A DNA stretch of 62,553 bases from a virus (IMGVR_UViG_3300029893_000475:1-62553), one strand, 5' to 3'. Shown: positions 18,410 through 27,962, counted from the first letter of the stretch. Notes: a model not told the origin generated them from the letters alone. Translations and numbers: made by a program.

Positions 18410-19481
18410 CCAAAATTGTTTTTAAAATATTTATGATTTTTTCTGATGTTTGTCCATTTCCTAACCAATCTTTATTAGCCTTTTCTTTAGTATCTAACCA
18501 ATTCATTATATTAATAGGGGCCTCTAATATACTATGTATTAAATCATTTACATTGACCATATAAGAACAATTATTAAATACAGACTGAGGTCTTTCTGTA
18601 AAATCACGCGGTACTATTACAGGCTTATTAAATAAAGCGGGTTCTTCTTGTGCTGTTCCAGAATCTGAAATAATAAATTTAGAATTATATTGAAATTTCA
18701 GATAATCTAAATAGGACATGAAAGGTACTATTTTAAATTTATGTGTAATGCCAAATTCTAAAATATTATTTATTGTTCTTGGAAAATACAATAAATATAT
18801 TGGTAGGTTATATATTTTAGATAGATTATCAGCTAATATAAAAATATTTGTTAACCTATTTTTATATTTAAAATTTTCTGGTCTATGAATATCTAATATT
18901 ATATAATTTTCTTTTGGAGTAAAATTTAATATATTAGAATATTTATTAAAAACTTCTACTATAGTATTTCCCACAACAAAAATTTTATCTTCAGGCAAAT
19001 TTTCTTTTATAAGATTATTTTTGTAATCTTCATGATAGACGAAGTGATAATCCGAACAATGATCACAAACTGTTCTGTTTATCTCTTCCAACATATATTT
19101 ATCCCCAGAACGCATCCCAGCTTCTATGTGTGCTATTTTATATCCTTCTTTTTTTAGCACTGCTGAAACAAGTACAGAATTAGAATCTCCTAAAAATATT
19201 ACTAAGTCCGGACGAATATTATTAGATCTAAATAACTCCACTATAGCTGTAGATAAATAAGAGGTTTGATGAAAGTGTTCTTTATTTAGACCTCCTGCTT
19301 CCAATATATAATTTGGAGATCTTATTTCCAGTTCTTTAAAAAAAATATCTGACAATAGTTTGTCAAAATGTTGACCTGTATGTATGAGGATATGATTAAA
19401 ATGATTATCTAATTTTTTAAATATTTCTGACATCCTTATAAAATCTGGCCGTATCCCTGTAATAGTAACAATAGTTTTCAT
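18393..19481 (-). CDS. non-hydrolysing UDP-N-acetylhexosamine 2-epimerase (WecB family, WbjD/FnlC-like)
   Basis: GIRPDFIR, HTGQH, GDSNS, HIEAGMRS, EEINR, GNTI, HRPEN, SDSGTAQEE, TERP. Confidence 0.9.
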   Translation of the reverse strand: MKTIVTITGIRPDFIRMSEIFKKLDNHFNHILIHTGQHFDKLLSDIFFKELEIRSPNYILEAGGLNKEHFHQTSYLSTAIVELFRSNNIRPDLVIFLGDSNSVLVSAVLKKEGYKIAHIEAGMRSGDKYMLEEINRTVCDHCSDYHFVYHEDYKNNLIKENLPEDKIFVVGNTIVEVFNKYSNILNFTPKENYIILDIHRPENFKYKNRLTNIFILADNLSKIYNLPIYLLYFPRTINNILEFGITHKFKIVPFMSYLDYLKFQYNSKFIISDSGTAQEEPALFNKPVIVPRDFTERPQSVFNNCSYMVNVNDLIHSILEAPINIMNWLDTKEKANKDWLGNGQTSEKIINILKTILDGYDI

Positions 19482-20311
19482 ATTAAAAAATCCTTATAAT
19501 TATTAAAATCCAGTTCTTGAAGTTTTATATTAGTTTCGTGTAATGTCGTGTTGTGATATAAAGCTAAGTTTCGTTGTCCATTATAGGGACTTGCTGTATA
19601 AAATCTTGGATGATATAAATGTATGGCTAAGGGATTATCAATAAAATGTTTTTTTAATTGCAATCTATCAATTCTGATCAATAATTCATTATCATCCCAA
19701 GAATGATCATATTGGTATCTTTCATCAAAGCCCCCTAATTTATATAAATCATCTTTCATTATCGCTGAAATAAAGTGATAATGATTCGGTCTGTAAGTTT
19801 TATGATTATACCAAATTATGTTGCCATCATAAGGATTGTGGCCTGGTTTTACATAATTGGTACTATTAATAATAGGTTGCATAAATTCAGCAATATTTTT
19901 AATGCTTGAAATTTCATATAACCTGTTTGTTGTATCTTCATTTAGCGCTATAGTATGAAATGTATAATAATTATTTAACGTTAAAGCAGATTTCACTTTT
20001 AATAAAATATCCCCCATATGGAAGGTTTCTGGGTTCTGAATAATTATTTGGTCACCGGAAGCAACAGAAAAAGCAATATTATAGGCTATGCATGAATTAT
20101 ACCAAGTTTTTTTATTTTTATTTATTCTAAATAAGACTATATTACCATTTGACATAGTTTTTAATTCGTTGAGATTTAATTGATGAATTTCTTCACTTGC
20201 ATCATCCACTATTATAATTTCATAATCTTTTATTGAAGATTCATTTATAGACTCTATAGTTTTGTATAATTGCTTTTTTCTATTAAAATATGCCATACAT
20301 ATACTAATCAT
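19478..20311 (-). CDS. glycosyltransferase family 2
   Basis: ISICMAYFNR, IIIVDDAS, GGFDERY...WDDNEL, HLYH. Confidence 0.85.
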   Translation of the reverse strand: MISICMAYFNRKKQLYKTIESINESSIKDYEIIIVDDASEEIHQLNLNELKTMSNGNIVLFRINKNKKTWYNSCIAYNIAFSVASGDQIIIQNPETFHMGDILLKVKSALTLNNYYTFHTIALNEDTTNRLYEISSIKNIAEFMQPIINSTNYVKPGHNPYDGNIIWYNHKTYRPNHYHFISAIMKDDLYKLGGFDERYQYDHSWDDNELLIRIDRLQLKKHFIDNPLAIHLYHPRFYTASPYNGQRNLALYHNTTLHETNIKLQELDFNNYKDFLI

Positions 20312-21062
20312 AATATTTAATTAGATCCTCATAATATTGGTTTTCTGGGTAGCATGGACCAGAAGTTAAATTTATTTTCCACTCTTTATATAGCGGATAA
20401 CCACCCTGTCTCCAAACTATCTGTGGAAAATCTCGCTCAAACATATATATATCAGCTCCGTCATTAACTAAATTATTATTAAAAAATTCTGGCTGGCAGT
20501 TATTTAAAAAATTATGTACATAAATACCTTTTAATACGTAAAATGTAAATAAATACAAGTAAGTAAAAAAATACGGTTTATTAAAATTATAATATTTTGA
20601 TAAAACATCTTTAAATTCTTGTACTCCAGCGTATTTAGTTAAGTATAAGGAATAGGAGCCTGCATGTGAATTTTTTAAAAGTTCAGTTATTTCTTTTCGC
20701 TTTGGAAAAAAATTGTTTAAAAAGTCATAACGCCATTCTGAACTATTGTGTACTATTCCTTTAGTATGTCCAAACCATATATAATCATATTTTTTTCCGC
20801 TGTTTTTTAACATTTTTAAAGCACCTTGATAAGCGCTGACGTCTGAAGCAACCTCTAAATGTTTTGGAATTTGAGTATATTGTAAACTTAGTATACTTTT
20901 ATATTGATCTAAAAAATTGATATATTCTGTGCAGCTTTCTCCATTTATACCTACATAAAAATCTGCATCTTTAAAATATTGTTCAAAACATTGAAACATT
21001 TCATCAATGATATACATTTTTCTTTTATCAGGTACATAGCTAGCAAATACTAAGGCATCCAT
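20304..21062 (-). CDS. putative glycosyltransferase (RgpF/rhamnan-synthesis-like motifs)
   Basis: YDYIWFGHTKG...WR and late FER motif, embedded in the glycan cluster; probable start MDALV at 21062. Confidence 0.5.
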   Translation of the reverse strand: MDALVFASYVPDKRKMYIIDEMFQCFEQYFKDADFYVGINGESCTEYINFLDQYKSILSLQYTQIPKHLEVASDVSAYQGALKMLKNSGKKYDYIWFGHTKGIVHNSSEWRYDFLNNFFPKRKEITELLKNSHAGSYSLYLTKYAGVQEFKDVLSKYYNFNKPYFFTYLYLFTFYVLKGIYVHNFLNNCQPEFFNNNLVNDGADIYMFERDFPQIVWRQGGYPLYKEWKINLTSGPCYPENQYYEDLIKYYD

Positions 21063-21634
21063 AGTAAACCTATTCCTCCCCAATCTAGAGGTGGTTCTAT
21101 TATTTCTAAATTTTTAAAATTATTTTTTACTTCATTCCAAAATTTATATACCGTGGTATTTTGAGCTTTATGTAAATCACTTTCTATTATATCATGCATT
21201 GCTATTATTCCACCTGGTTTTATAAATTGTTTGTAATTTAAAAAATCTTGTTTTACTGTATTGTACTCATGCCCACCATCTATAAAAATTACATCAAATT
21301 TAGTTTGTGGGTTTAATTTAAATAAATTAATAATTTCGGGAGAGGTGCTGTCTCCTTGAATATAAGTAAAATTACATTCTTGTTTAATAATATTTACATC
21401 ATATCTTGGAGGTATATATTCAATTGTTATTAAATTTTTACAAAGTAAACTAAGACTTATGGTAGAACCTCCATCATATGAACCAAGTTCAAGAATATTT
21501 TCTGGTTCTATGTTAGCTAATAAAGCAATAAATTTTAGCCACTCGGTTTCTTTTTGTTGTATCTTAAATAATTTGGCTATATACCAATTATTCATTAATA
21601 CATCATCTGTTAAATGGGCTTGTAAACTTTTCAT
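21050..21634 (-). CDS. class I SAM-dependent methyltransferase (Methyltransf_24-like)
   Basis: ILELGSYDGGS, IQGDS, FDVIFIDGGHEY, GGIIAMHD. Confidence 0.85.
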   Translation of the reverse strand: MKSLQAHLTDDVLMNNWYIAKLFKIQQKETEWLKFIALLANIEPENILELGSYDGGSTISLSLLCKNLITIEYIPPRYDVNIIKQECNFTYIQGDSTSPEIINLFKLNPQTKFDVIFIDGGHEYNTVKQDFLNYKQFIKPGGIIAMHDIIESDLHKAQNTTVYKFWNEVKNNFKNLEIIEPPLDWGGIGLLWMP

Positions 21635-22274
21635 TACCTGGCATACCTCCCCATTTATTTATGTAATATTGCTGGTTTTTACCAAAACCAGAATTTAACT
21701 TTGGGTCTTTTTTTATTGTCATAGAATTTCTAAATATAGCTGGGTTCATTTCAGGACTATATATATGTTTACTTTTATCTGCTAAAATAATTCTATAATG
21801 AAAATCATTATCTTCAAAATATGCTGGATAAAAATTTTCATCAAATACAAAAGAATCTTTACTTATAAAAAAATCACAACAAGCTCTAGATAACGAGAAC
21901 ATCGACCATAAACAATTACCAGTTGCTAGCCAAAATTCTTTTACATCATATAAATTGTTATGTATTATTTTTAATTGATTTTCGCCTATAACCACATCAT
22001 CATTTAGAAATAACAAATAATCAACTTCTTCAGATCTAGAAATGCCAAGATTCCAGCTACTAGAAACTCCCAAATTTTTAGGCTGTACTAAAATTTCAAC
22101 TTTGTTATCCTTCACTATCTGTAAATTTCTTATATCATGCAGTATATCTTGATTACCATTATCTATAATAATTAGTTTATTAAAATATTCTTGTTGTCTA
22201 TTTATTGGAAGCAGTGCTTCTAAAAGAAGATCTTTTCTATTTATTGTTGGAATAATTATATTGACTTTTTTCAT
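21603..22274 (-). CDS. glycosyltransferase family 2
   Basis: IIIPT, IIIDNG, NLGVSSSWNLG, LFLNDD, FDENFYPAYFEDND. Confidence 0.85.
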   Translation of the reverse strand: MKKVNIIIPTINRKDLLLEALLPINRQQEYFNKLIIIDNGNQDILHDIRNLQIVKDNKVEILVQPKNLGVSSSWNLGISRSEEVDYLLFLNDDVVIGENQLKIIHNNLYDVKEFWLATGNCLWSMFSLSRACCDFFISKDSFVFDENFYPAYFEDNDFHYRIILADKSKHIYSPEMNPAIFRNSMTIKKDPKLNSGFGKNQQYYINKWGGMPGNEKFTSPFNR

Positions 22275-22283
22275 AATAAATAA

Positions 22284-22304
22284 GGGGAGTAATATTTACT
22301 CCCC
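22284..22304 (-). terminator. hairpin terminator after the SSB-like gene, just before the glycan cluster
   Basis: Minus strand reads GGGGAGTAA-ATA-TTACTCCCC followed by TTATTTATT. Confidence 0.7.
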
Positions 22305-22318
22305 AGATAATTGGTTAT

Positions 22319-22759
22319 TTATTCAAATAAAGTTTTGCTTGTAGTTTTTGCGAGGTCTCCTGCCTCATCCAAAGATTTAAAATTACTTACTACATTTTTT
22401 GTTTTTGTACCATTACTAGTTTCAACTTGTGCTAAAATAGAGCATTTCCCGCCTACTAACGCTTTTGCAATTTCTTCTGGCTCTACATCCTCTTCTTCTA
22501 TTAAATTACTTTTTATTGCTTTTAGAAGTGAATACAGATATACATAGGCTTTCGGAGTTAATGTGAAATTACTCCAAAGTTTTCTGTTGGTATATTTGCC
22601 TTCAATAACTTCATATGTAACTGTTATCATATCATTGTTAGAGGTTTTTGTTTTTCCAATTTCTGCTGCAGTTATTTTTACGTTATAGCGTCCTTCTGGT
22701 AATGGAGAGTATTCAGTTGTCTGTGAACTTTCGCCAATTTCTTTCAAATTTATTCCCAT
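22319..22759 (-). CDS. DUF669-like phage single-stranded DNA-binding protein
   Basis: YSPLPEGRYNVKITAAE...MITVTYEVIEG.Y.NRKLW pattern; adjacent to a Sak4-like ATPase. Confidence 0.7.
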   Translation of the reverse strand: MGINLKEIGESSQTTEYSPLPEGRYNVKITAAEIGKTKTSNNDMITVTYEVIEGKYTNRKLWSNFTLTPKAYVYLYSLLKAIKSNLIEEEDVEPEEIAKALVGGKCSILAQVETSNGTKTKNVVSNFKSLDEAGDLAKTTSKTLFE

Positions 22760-22778
22760 ATTTATTTTTATGATTATA

Positions 22779-23720
22779 TTATTTATTTTTACTTTTTTCA
22801 GTTAAGTCTTTTATTATTAAATCAGCTTCACTTTCTTTTAGATCTAAAAGTGAATTAACACAAAATTCATCTTGTAATAAATTACTTACTTCATCTTGCC
22901 CTACAGTTTCAGTTAAATTTTCTAGTGCTTTTAATTGCTCCGCTGTTATGCCGGCTGTTTTAATTTTTTTCTTATTATAGGTAATTTCTAAATTTCTTCC
23001 TATACTTTCATTTAATTTCTTTTTTTGGTCAAATATTACAGGTTCTCTTTCTAAACCTTTAATACCTACGTATTGTACAAATGATGAGTATGAAAATTCA
23101 AAAGTGGCTGGTAAAGTATTTGTTCTATCTTTTTCTGTATATGCAATAAAAACTTCTTTACCATTTCTTGTTTCTTTTTTCAGTTGTAGTACAATGTCAA
23201 AGAAATAAGGAAGTTCTTTAGGTCCGTCAGGCTTTGTTCCTATAACTTTTAAATATTCTTCTTTATCCTGACTATAAAGTGTATTGGATCTAGCTGTTAC
23301 AATTACATTCATATCTAAAGCTAATAATCTATCAATAAGATTCTTTACTTCAGCTTTTATAGGTCTATAGTCCTTCGGTTGAAGGAAATAATTAGGTTTA
23401 CCAGTTACTATCTTTAATCTAGTTAAGTGATTATCCATAATTTTTTCGTATATAGGTGTAAAAGGATCTATTACAATTGTTTTGTATCCTTTTGGGTCCT
23501 CTATTAGTTCTTCTATTGCAGCTAGTACTTGTTTTGGATCACTTGTTTCAATCCTATCAAAGTCAAAGAATTTTCCATAATGTTTTGTTCCCTTCTCTGT
23601 ATCTATACAGGCTACATTAGGAAACTGCAGACTAGTTACCGTTTTTCCAGTACCAGATTCGCCATAGACATACATTTTTAGTCTATCTGCTTGTGCTTCT
23701 GCTTTTTTAAATAAACTCAT
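22779..23720 (-). CDS. AAA_24 / Sak4-like P-loop ATPase (recombination)
   Basis: YGESGTGKT Walker A, IDTEKG, IVIDP Walker B, YFFDIV, KDRT. Confidence 0.8.
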   Translation of the reverse strand: MSLFKKAEAQADRLKMYVYGESGTGKTVTSLQFPNVACIDTEKGTKHYGKFFDFDRIETSDPKQVLAAIEELIEDPKGYKTIVIDPFTPIYEKIMDNHLTRLKIVTGKPNYFLQPKDYRPIKAEVKNLIDRLLALDMNVIVTARSNTLYSQDKEEYLKVIGTKPDGPKELPYFFDIVLQLKKETRNGKEVFIAYTEKDRTNTLPATFEFSYSSFVQYVGIKGLEREPVIFDQKKKLNESIGRNLEITYNKKKIKTAGITAEQLKALENLTETVGQDEVSNLLQDEFCVNSLLDLKESEADLIIKDLTEKSKNK

Positions 23721-23738
23721 ATTGTTAAATTGATTAAA

Positions 23739-24428
23739 TTAATACTTATTAAATTGATATTGATAATTTTTTAATAACTCATAAATTTTGTAAGTAGCTT
23801 CTACGTCTTTTAGACAATATTCAGCTATCAAATCTATATGCCCTTGTTTAAATTCGTATTCGACGTTTTCAGCTTTAACTGCACCTTCTTTTGGAGATTC
23901 TATTCCTAAATAATCACTTAATAGTCTTAAATTTCCAAAAGCATATTTATCCCAATCTCCAAATACAAGTTTTACATCAAAATGGGGTTTTGTACTAAAC
24001 CTTCTTCTATCTAAAAAACTGTTATTTGTAGGAAGAATGTTGTATTTCATGCTACGCTTGATTATAAATGGAACGTCAAAATCAAGCCCATTAAAGGAAA
24101 TAAATATTCCGTTAAAGTGTTCAAGAATTTTCCAAAAGCTTGTTAAAATTTGTTTTTCTGAACCTACAGTATTAAGTGTTAAAGTCTTTGAATCATATAA
24201 ATAATGATTACTATTTTTAGTTGTTCTATGTAATCCTATACAGATAATTTCACCAAATATTGGATTTGTAGCCATGATTAGTCTTTTATAGTTTTCTTTT
24301 TCTACGTCTGTCCAATCAACATTTTTTGAATACGTTTTTTCTAAGTGTCTTTCTAATTCTTCTTGTTGAATTGTTGTCAATGGTGCTTGTTGTGGAATTG
24401 TTTCTATATCAAACGTTAATGTATCCAA
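23739..24428 (-). CDS. stand-alone DEDD 3'-5' exonuclease (PolB-exo-like)
   Basis: FDIETIP (ExoI), FNGLDFDVPFI (ExoII), YCLKDV (ExoIII). Confidence 0.85.
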   Translation of the reverse strand: MDTLTFDIETIPQQAPLTTIQQEELERHLEKTYSKNVDWTDVEKENYKRLIMATNPIFGEIICIGLHRTTKNSNHYLYDSKTLTLNTVGSEKQILTSFWKILEHFNGIFISFNGLDFDVPFIIKRSMKYNILPTNNSFLDRRRFSTKPHFDVKLVFGDWDKYAFGNLRLLSDYLGIESPKEGAVKAENVEYEFKQGHIDLIAEYCLKDVEATYKIYELLKNYQYQFNKY

Positions 24429-24449
24429 TATTTATTACCTCTTTTATCA

Positions 24450-25202
24450 TTATAATGTTAATTCATATTCTAAGGGAGCTAAATAGAATTTAGTATGATA
24501 TTGTTTATCAATAGTTTTTTCTATTCTAGCCTTTACCATCTCTGGTGAATTAGTAACGTGTGAAAGATGGCCTAAAATTATCCAGTCTGTTAATTCAAGA
24601 TTTATATTTTCTTTTATATAATCCAAAGTTTGTTGTGTTCCTAAATGACCGAAAGGACTTTTTATTCGATCTTTTAGTATATCATCATACTCGGCCGTTT
24701 TTTCTAATTCATCTTCATCATAGTCCGCTTCTAATAAATACGCATTGCAGTCTTTTATAGCATTTTTTACAGATTTGCCGATAAATCCAGTATCAGTTAA
24801 ATATGCAAATTTTTTATTGGTATTCAATTCCGTAAAAATAAATCCAACGCTTGGTTGATCATGCTTAGTTTCAAAAACAGATATTTCAAGATCATCTATT
24901 AATATTTTGTCTCCGTGTTTTATAAAATTAACTTTACAAGATCTAAATAAATCTGCCTTTTGTTGATATGTTTCCTTTAACATATACAAAGGGGCTTCAG
25001 TTTTTCTTGAAATAATTCCGGCTCCTTTAACATGATCAGTATGAGAATGCGTAATAAAAATTGCAGACAGTTGTTTTAATTTTTCATCTGTTTCTATAAG
25101 ATTTTTATAACTTATCCCGGCTTCAACTAAAATTATTACATTATCGGTTTCTACTTTACAGGCATTTCCGGAAGAACTACTATGTAATGGTCTTATCTTC
25201 AT
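24450..25202 (-). CDS. metallo-beta-lactamase-fold hydrolase (YycJ/WalJ-like nuclease)
   Basis: SSSSGN, THSHTDH, HD, TDTG, EADYD, GHL and HLS motifs. Confidence 0.85.
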   Translation of the reverse strand: MKIRPLHSSSSGNACKVETDNVIILVEAGISYKNLIETDEKLKQLSAIFITHSHTDHVKGAGIISRKTEAPLYMLKETYQQKADLFRSCKVNFIKHGDKILIDDLEISVFETKHDQPSVGFIFTELNTNKKFAYLTDTGFIGKSVKNAIKDCNAYLLEADYDEDELEKTAEYDDILKDRIKSPFGHLGTQQTLDYIKENINLELTDWIILGHLSHVTNSPEMVKARIEKTIDKQYHTKFYLAPLEYELTL

Positions 25203-25608
25203 CTGTTTTAGATTGGTTATTTTTTAACTGTAAGGCATTTCCAGAAATTCTAAATTCTTCCCAGAAAATTTTTTTATTATTTATAAGCTGTTTTATTTGT
25301 CGTTGTTTTTCACTTAATTGTGAGTTGCCTGTTTTTATTTCAATGAAAACTACTTTATCATCTTCAAAACTAATCAAATCTATAGGCTGCCCTAGGAATT
25401 TTACATTTTTTGGATCATAGGGAAAATTTTGCAAGAAAGGTGCGATTTGTTCCGAAATTTGTCCTAATTTTATTTCGCTACTTTTTTTCTGATTTAGCAA
25501 TTTTTGGTATGATTTGTTCAGTTCGTTTATTTTTTTATTTTTATAATGCACTATAAATATTATTACAAATATATTTATAAGAGCAATTAAAGTCAAATAT
25601 ATAATCAT
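25180..25608 (-). CDS. PD-(D/E)xK Holliday-junction-resolvase-like endonuclease (Endonuc_Holl-type) with N-terminal transmembrane helix
   Basis: GQISEQIAPFL, FLGQPIDLI, FIEIKTG..QLS..Q; first ~20 residues hydrophobic. Confidence 0.75.
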   Translation of the reverse strand: MIIYLTLIALINIFVIIFIVHYKNKKINELNKSYQKLLNQKKSSEIKLGQISEQIAPFLQNFPYDPKNVKFLGQPIDLISFEDDKVVFIEIKTGNSQLSEKQRQIKQLINNKKIFWEEFRISGNALQLKNNQSKTDEDKTIT

Positions 25609-27092
25609 TTTATTTTTTCTGGTTTTAAAATTTTATTACAAGTGAAACCACAATAGACACCACATTTTAGCATTCCGTTTGGAAATATGTCTGCAGAATC
25701 CATTATGTAATCTGCCCATGTTTTAAACAAATGTTTTTTATCTAAAGGACATTGTATTCTATTAACTCGTGTTATAGCTTTTTTTAAGCTTTGTTGTTTA
25801 TTTTTAATAATTCCAGATGTTACCAAAATTTCTAAATATCGTTTTAATTCGATAACAGCTTTTTCCGCTTCTTCTGTGAATTTACTTATCATTGATATAA
25901 GTTCTTCGTCAGTAATATTTAAAACTAATTTATCCCTATACACCAGCGGTAAAAGATTATTAATTCTTTGTCTTAAAAGCTCAATTTTTTCCATACTTAT
26001 GTCAGCTCTACCTGTTCCTAGTCTATCAGCTATTCTAAGATCTAATAATGTATGTATATTTTCATTACCAACTTTAGTAATTAATTTTTTTATAGATAAA
26101 TCTGATTTTTTAGGTGAAGCATCAAATAAGTGGTTTGTGACTAATAAAACAACAGTATTTATCACTGCTTTAGGAAACCCCCATCTATTTAGAATCCTTT
26201 CTGCTAAATAGGCACCTACATTTTCATGATTATAAAAATGAATTCCCGTTTTAGTTGTTATTTTTGTGTAGGGTTTGCCTATATCATGTAATAAAGCAGC
26301 AAGTCTTAATATTAATAAATTATTGTTATTTAATTTTATTGAATCCAAAGCTAACATGATATGTTGATATAATTCCAGTCCCACAGCTTTATTAGATTGT
26401 TCTATACCTACACAATTTAGTAATTCTGGAAAAAAGCTATCAAGAATTTTTAAAGTTTTCATCAGGTTAAAAGCTTTACTAGGATTTTCACTTCTTGTGA
26501 GTAAATTAACCATTTCTTGGTAAATCTGTTTCGGATTTACAGGCACTAATCTTAAACTATGCTCTTTTATAGCTTCCTGTGTTTCATAGTCTATATTCCA
26601 ACCAGACCCGAGTATACTAATTATAACAGGAGCTCTTAAAATACGTACCTTTGATTCAAGTATTCTTTCTAATGGATTGCCAACAAATTTTAAGATTTTG
26701 TTTGCTAAATCTTGTTTTCCACCATGAAAATCCAAAAATTTATCTTCTTCTATATCATAATACAATGCATTTATAGTAAAATCTCTGGAGTTTGAATCTT
26801 CTTCTAAACTGCTTGTGTATTCATAATTATAGTAAGTATTTATAAGAACTATCTTTTTTAAAGGGTATACATTTATAGTATTATCTTTAATATTAATAGA
26901 GATTTTATGATTATACTCGTCTATACTAACCATGTTATTTTTGAATTTTTTTCTTAAATTGGCCAATGTTTCATTTACGCATACATCCCAACTATATGGC
27001 TCCTTTCCAATATAAAGATCTCTTGCTGTACCACCACAAAGATAAGGTTTTAAACCTACCGCTTTAAATGTGCTTAATATTATATTTTTCAT
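25605..27092 (-). CDS. CCA-adding/poly(A) polymerase family protein with HD domain (nucleotidyltransferase motifs degenerate)
   Basis: GGTARD, RDFTINALYY, DFHGG..DL, RILRA; HD domain LLHDIGKP...HFYNHE..GA. Confidence 0.82.
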   Translation of the reverse strand: MKNIILSTFKAVGLKPYLCGGTARDLYIGKEPYSWDVCVNETLANLRKKFKNNMVSIDEYNHKISINIKDNTINVYPLKKIVLINTYYNYEYTSSLEEDSNSRDFTINALYYDIEEDKFLDFHGGKQDLANKILKFVGNPLERILESKVRILRAPVIISILGSGWNIDYETQEAIKEHSLRLVPVNPKQIYQEMVNLLTRSENPSKAFNLMKTLKILDSFFPELLNCVGIEQSNKAVGLELYQHIMLALDSIKLNNNNLLILRLAALLHDIGKPYTKITTKTGIHFYNHENVGAYLAERILNRWGFPKAVINTVVLLVTNHLFDASPKKSDLSIKKLITKVGNENIHTLLDLRIADRLGTGRADISMEKIELLRQRINNLLPLVYRDKLVLNITDEELISMISKFTEEAEKAVIELKRYLEILVTSGIIKNKQQSLKKAITRVNRIQCPLDKKHLFKTWADYIMDSADIFPNGMLKCGVYCGFTCNKILKPEKIK

Positions 27093-27430
27093 TATTCTTC
27101 AACAATCCCATCATTTTTTATTTTTTTATCGATCCACAATTGTATTCTTTTAACATTATGCCCGCTAAATTGATATAAATCGCATAACATAGTTACGTGA
27201 GTTTTAAAATATGTCTTTTTTAATTCTGGGTCTAATTTTTCTCCTTTTACTCTTTTTAAATTTTTATTACCTGGGATAGGATATTTACAATATCCTCTAT
27301 ATCTACTTGCGCTTTTTGTTATAAAAAATTTACAGTTACCACAACACCTTGTTAATCTAAAATTTACCCTACTAATTTTTTCGGGCTGTTTTTCAGGATT
27401 TTCAAAATTATAATCTATTTCTATTGCCAT
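27092..27430 (-). CDS. Cys-rich hypothetical protein (possible Zn-binding)
   Basis: CCGNCKFF...GYC...LCD pattern. Confidence 0.5.
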   Translation of the reverse strand: MAIEIDYNFENPEKQPEKISRVNFRLTRCCGNCKFFITKSASRYRGYCKYPIPGNKNLKRVKGEKLDPELKKTYFKTHVTMLCDLYQFSGHNVKRIQLWIDKKIKNDGIVEE

Positions 27431-27434
27431 TTTA

Positions 27435-27962
27435 CTACTTTTTTATTAATTTACCTAATAAGTGATCGTATTCATGCTGTATTACGATGGCATTAAAATC
27501 CACTTTGCCAAACAGCTTAACAGTAATTTTTTCTAAACTGGTTAAAGTTTGATAAGTTACTGTAACATTTATTTTTCTTTTGCAGCTTTTTCTATATTTA
27601 GGCACACTTAGACATCCTTCCTCTATAGTAACTGTTTGCCCACTTGGCTTAATTAGAGGGTTTATAAGTTCTTGGTAAACATAGTTTGGATTATCCATTG
27701 TACCTATGTTTAAACGTAAGACAAATACTGCAGGACAAGGCGTATCTTTCCACCATATTTGTGGAGCCGCTAACCCCAATGTATTTTGGGAATCTGACAT
27801 AGCAGTGTCCTTTAAATCCTGTACTAATTCCACTACTTCATCAGACCATAAATTGTTATTTCCTTCAACCTCACTTAAGAAAGAAATATTTTCTTTTGGT
27901 AAACAAGGTACACAAGGAATATTTAGAATTTTATTACCATAAATATTTATTTTTCTGACCAT
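27435..27962 (-). CDS. def: peptide deformylase
   Basis: All three PDF motifs: GLAAPQI, EGCLS, QHEYDH. Confidence 0.93.
   Translation of the reverse strand: MVRKINIYGNKILNIPCVPCLPKENISFLSEVEGNNNLWSDEVVELVQDLKDTAMSDSQNTLGLAAPQIWWKDTPCPAVFVLRLNIGTMDNPNYVYQELINPLIKPSGQTVTIEEGCLSVPKYRKSCKRKINVTVTYQTLTSLEKITVKLFGKVDFNAIVIQHEYDHLLGKLIKK

Noticed and set aside
14955-22274. DNA hypermodification (glycosylated bases) as the role of the sugar cluster
   Set aside because: No dCMP/dUMP hydroxymethylase or other base-activating enzyme is visible in this window. It is not excluded for the rest of the genome, so it is kept only as an alternative.
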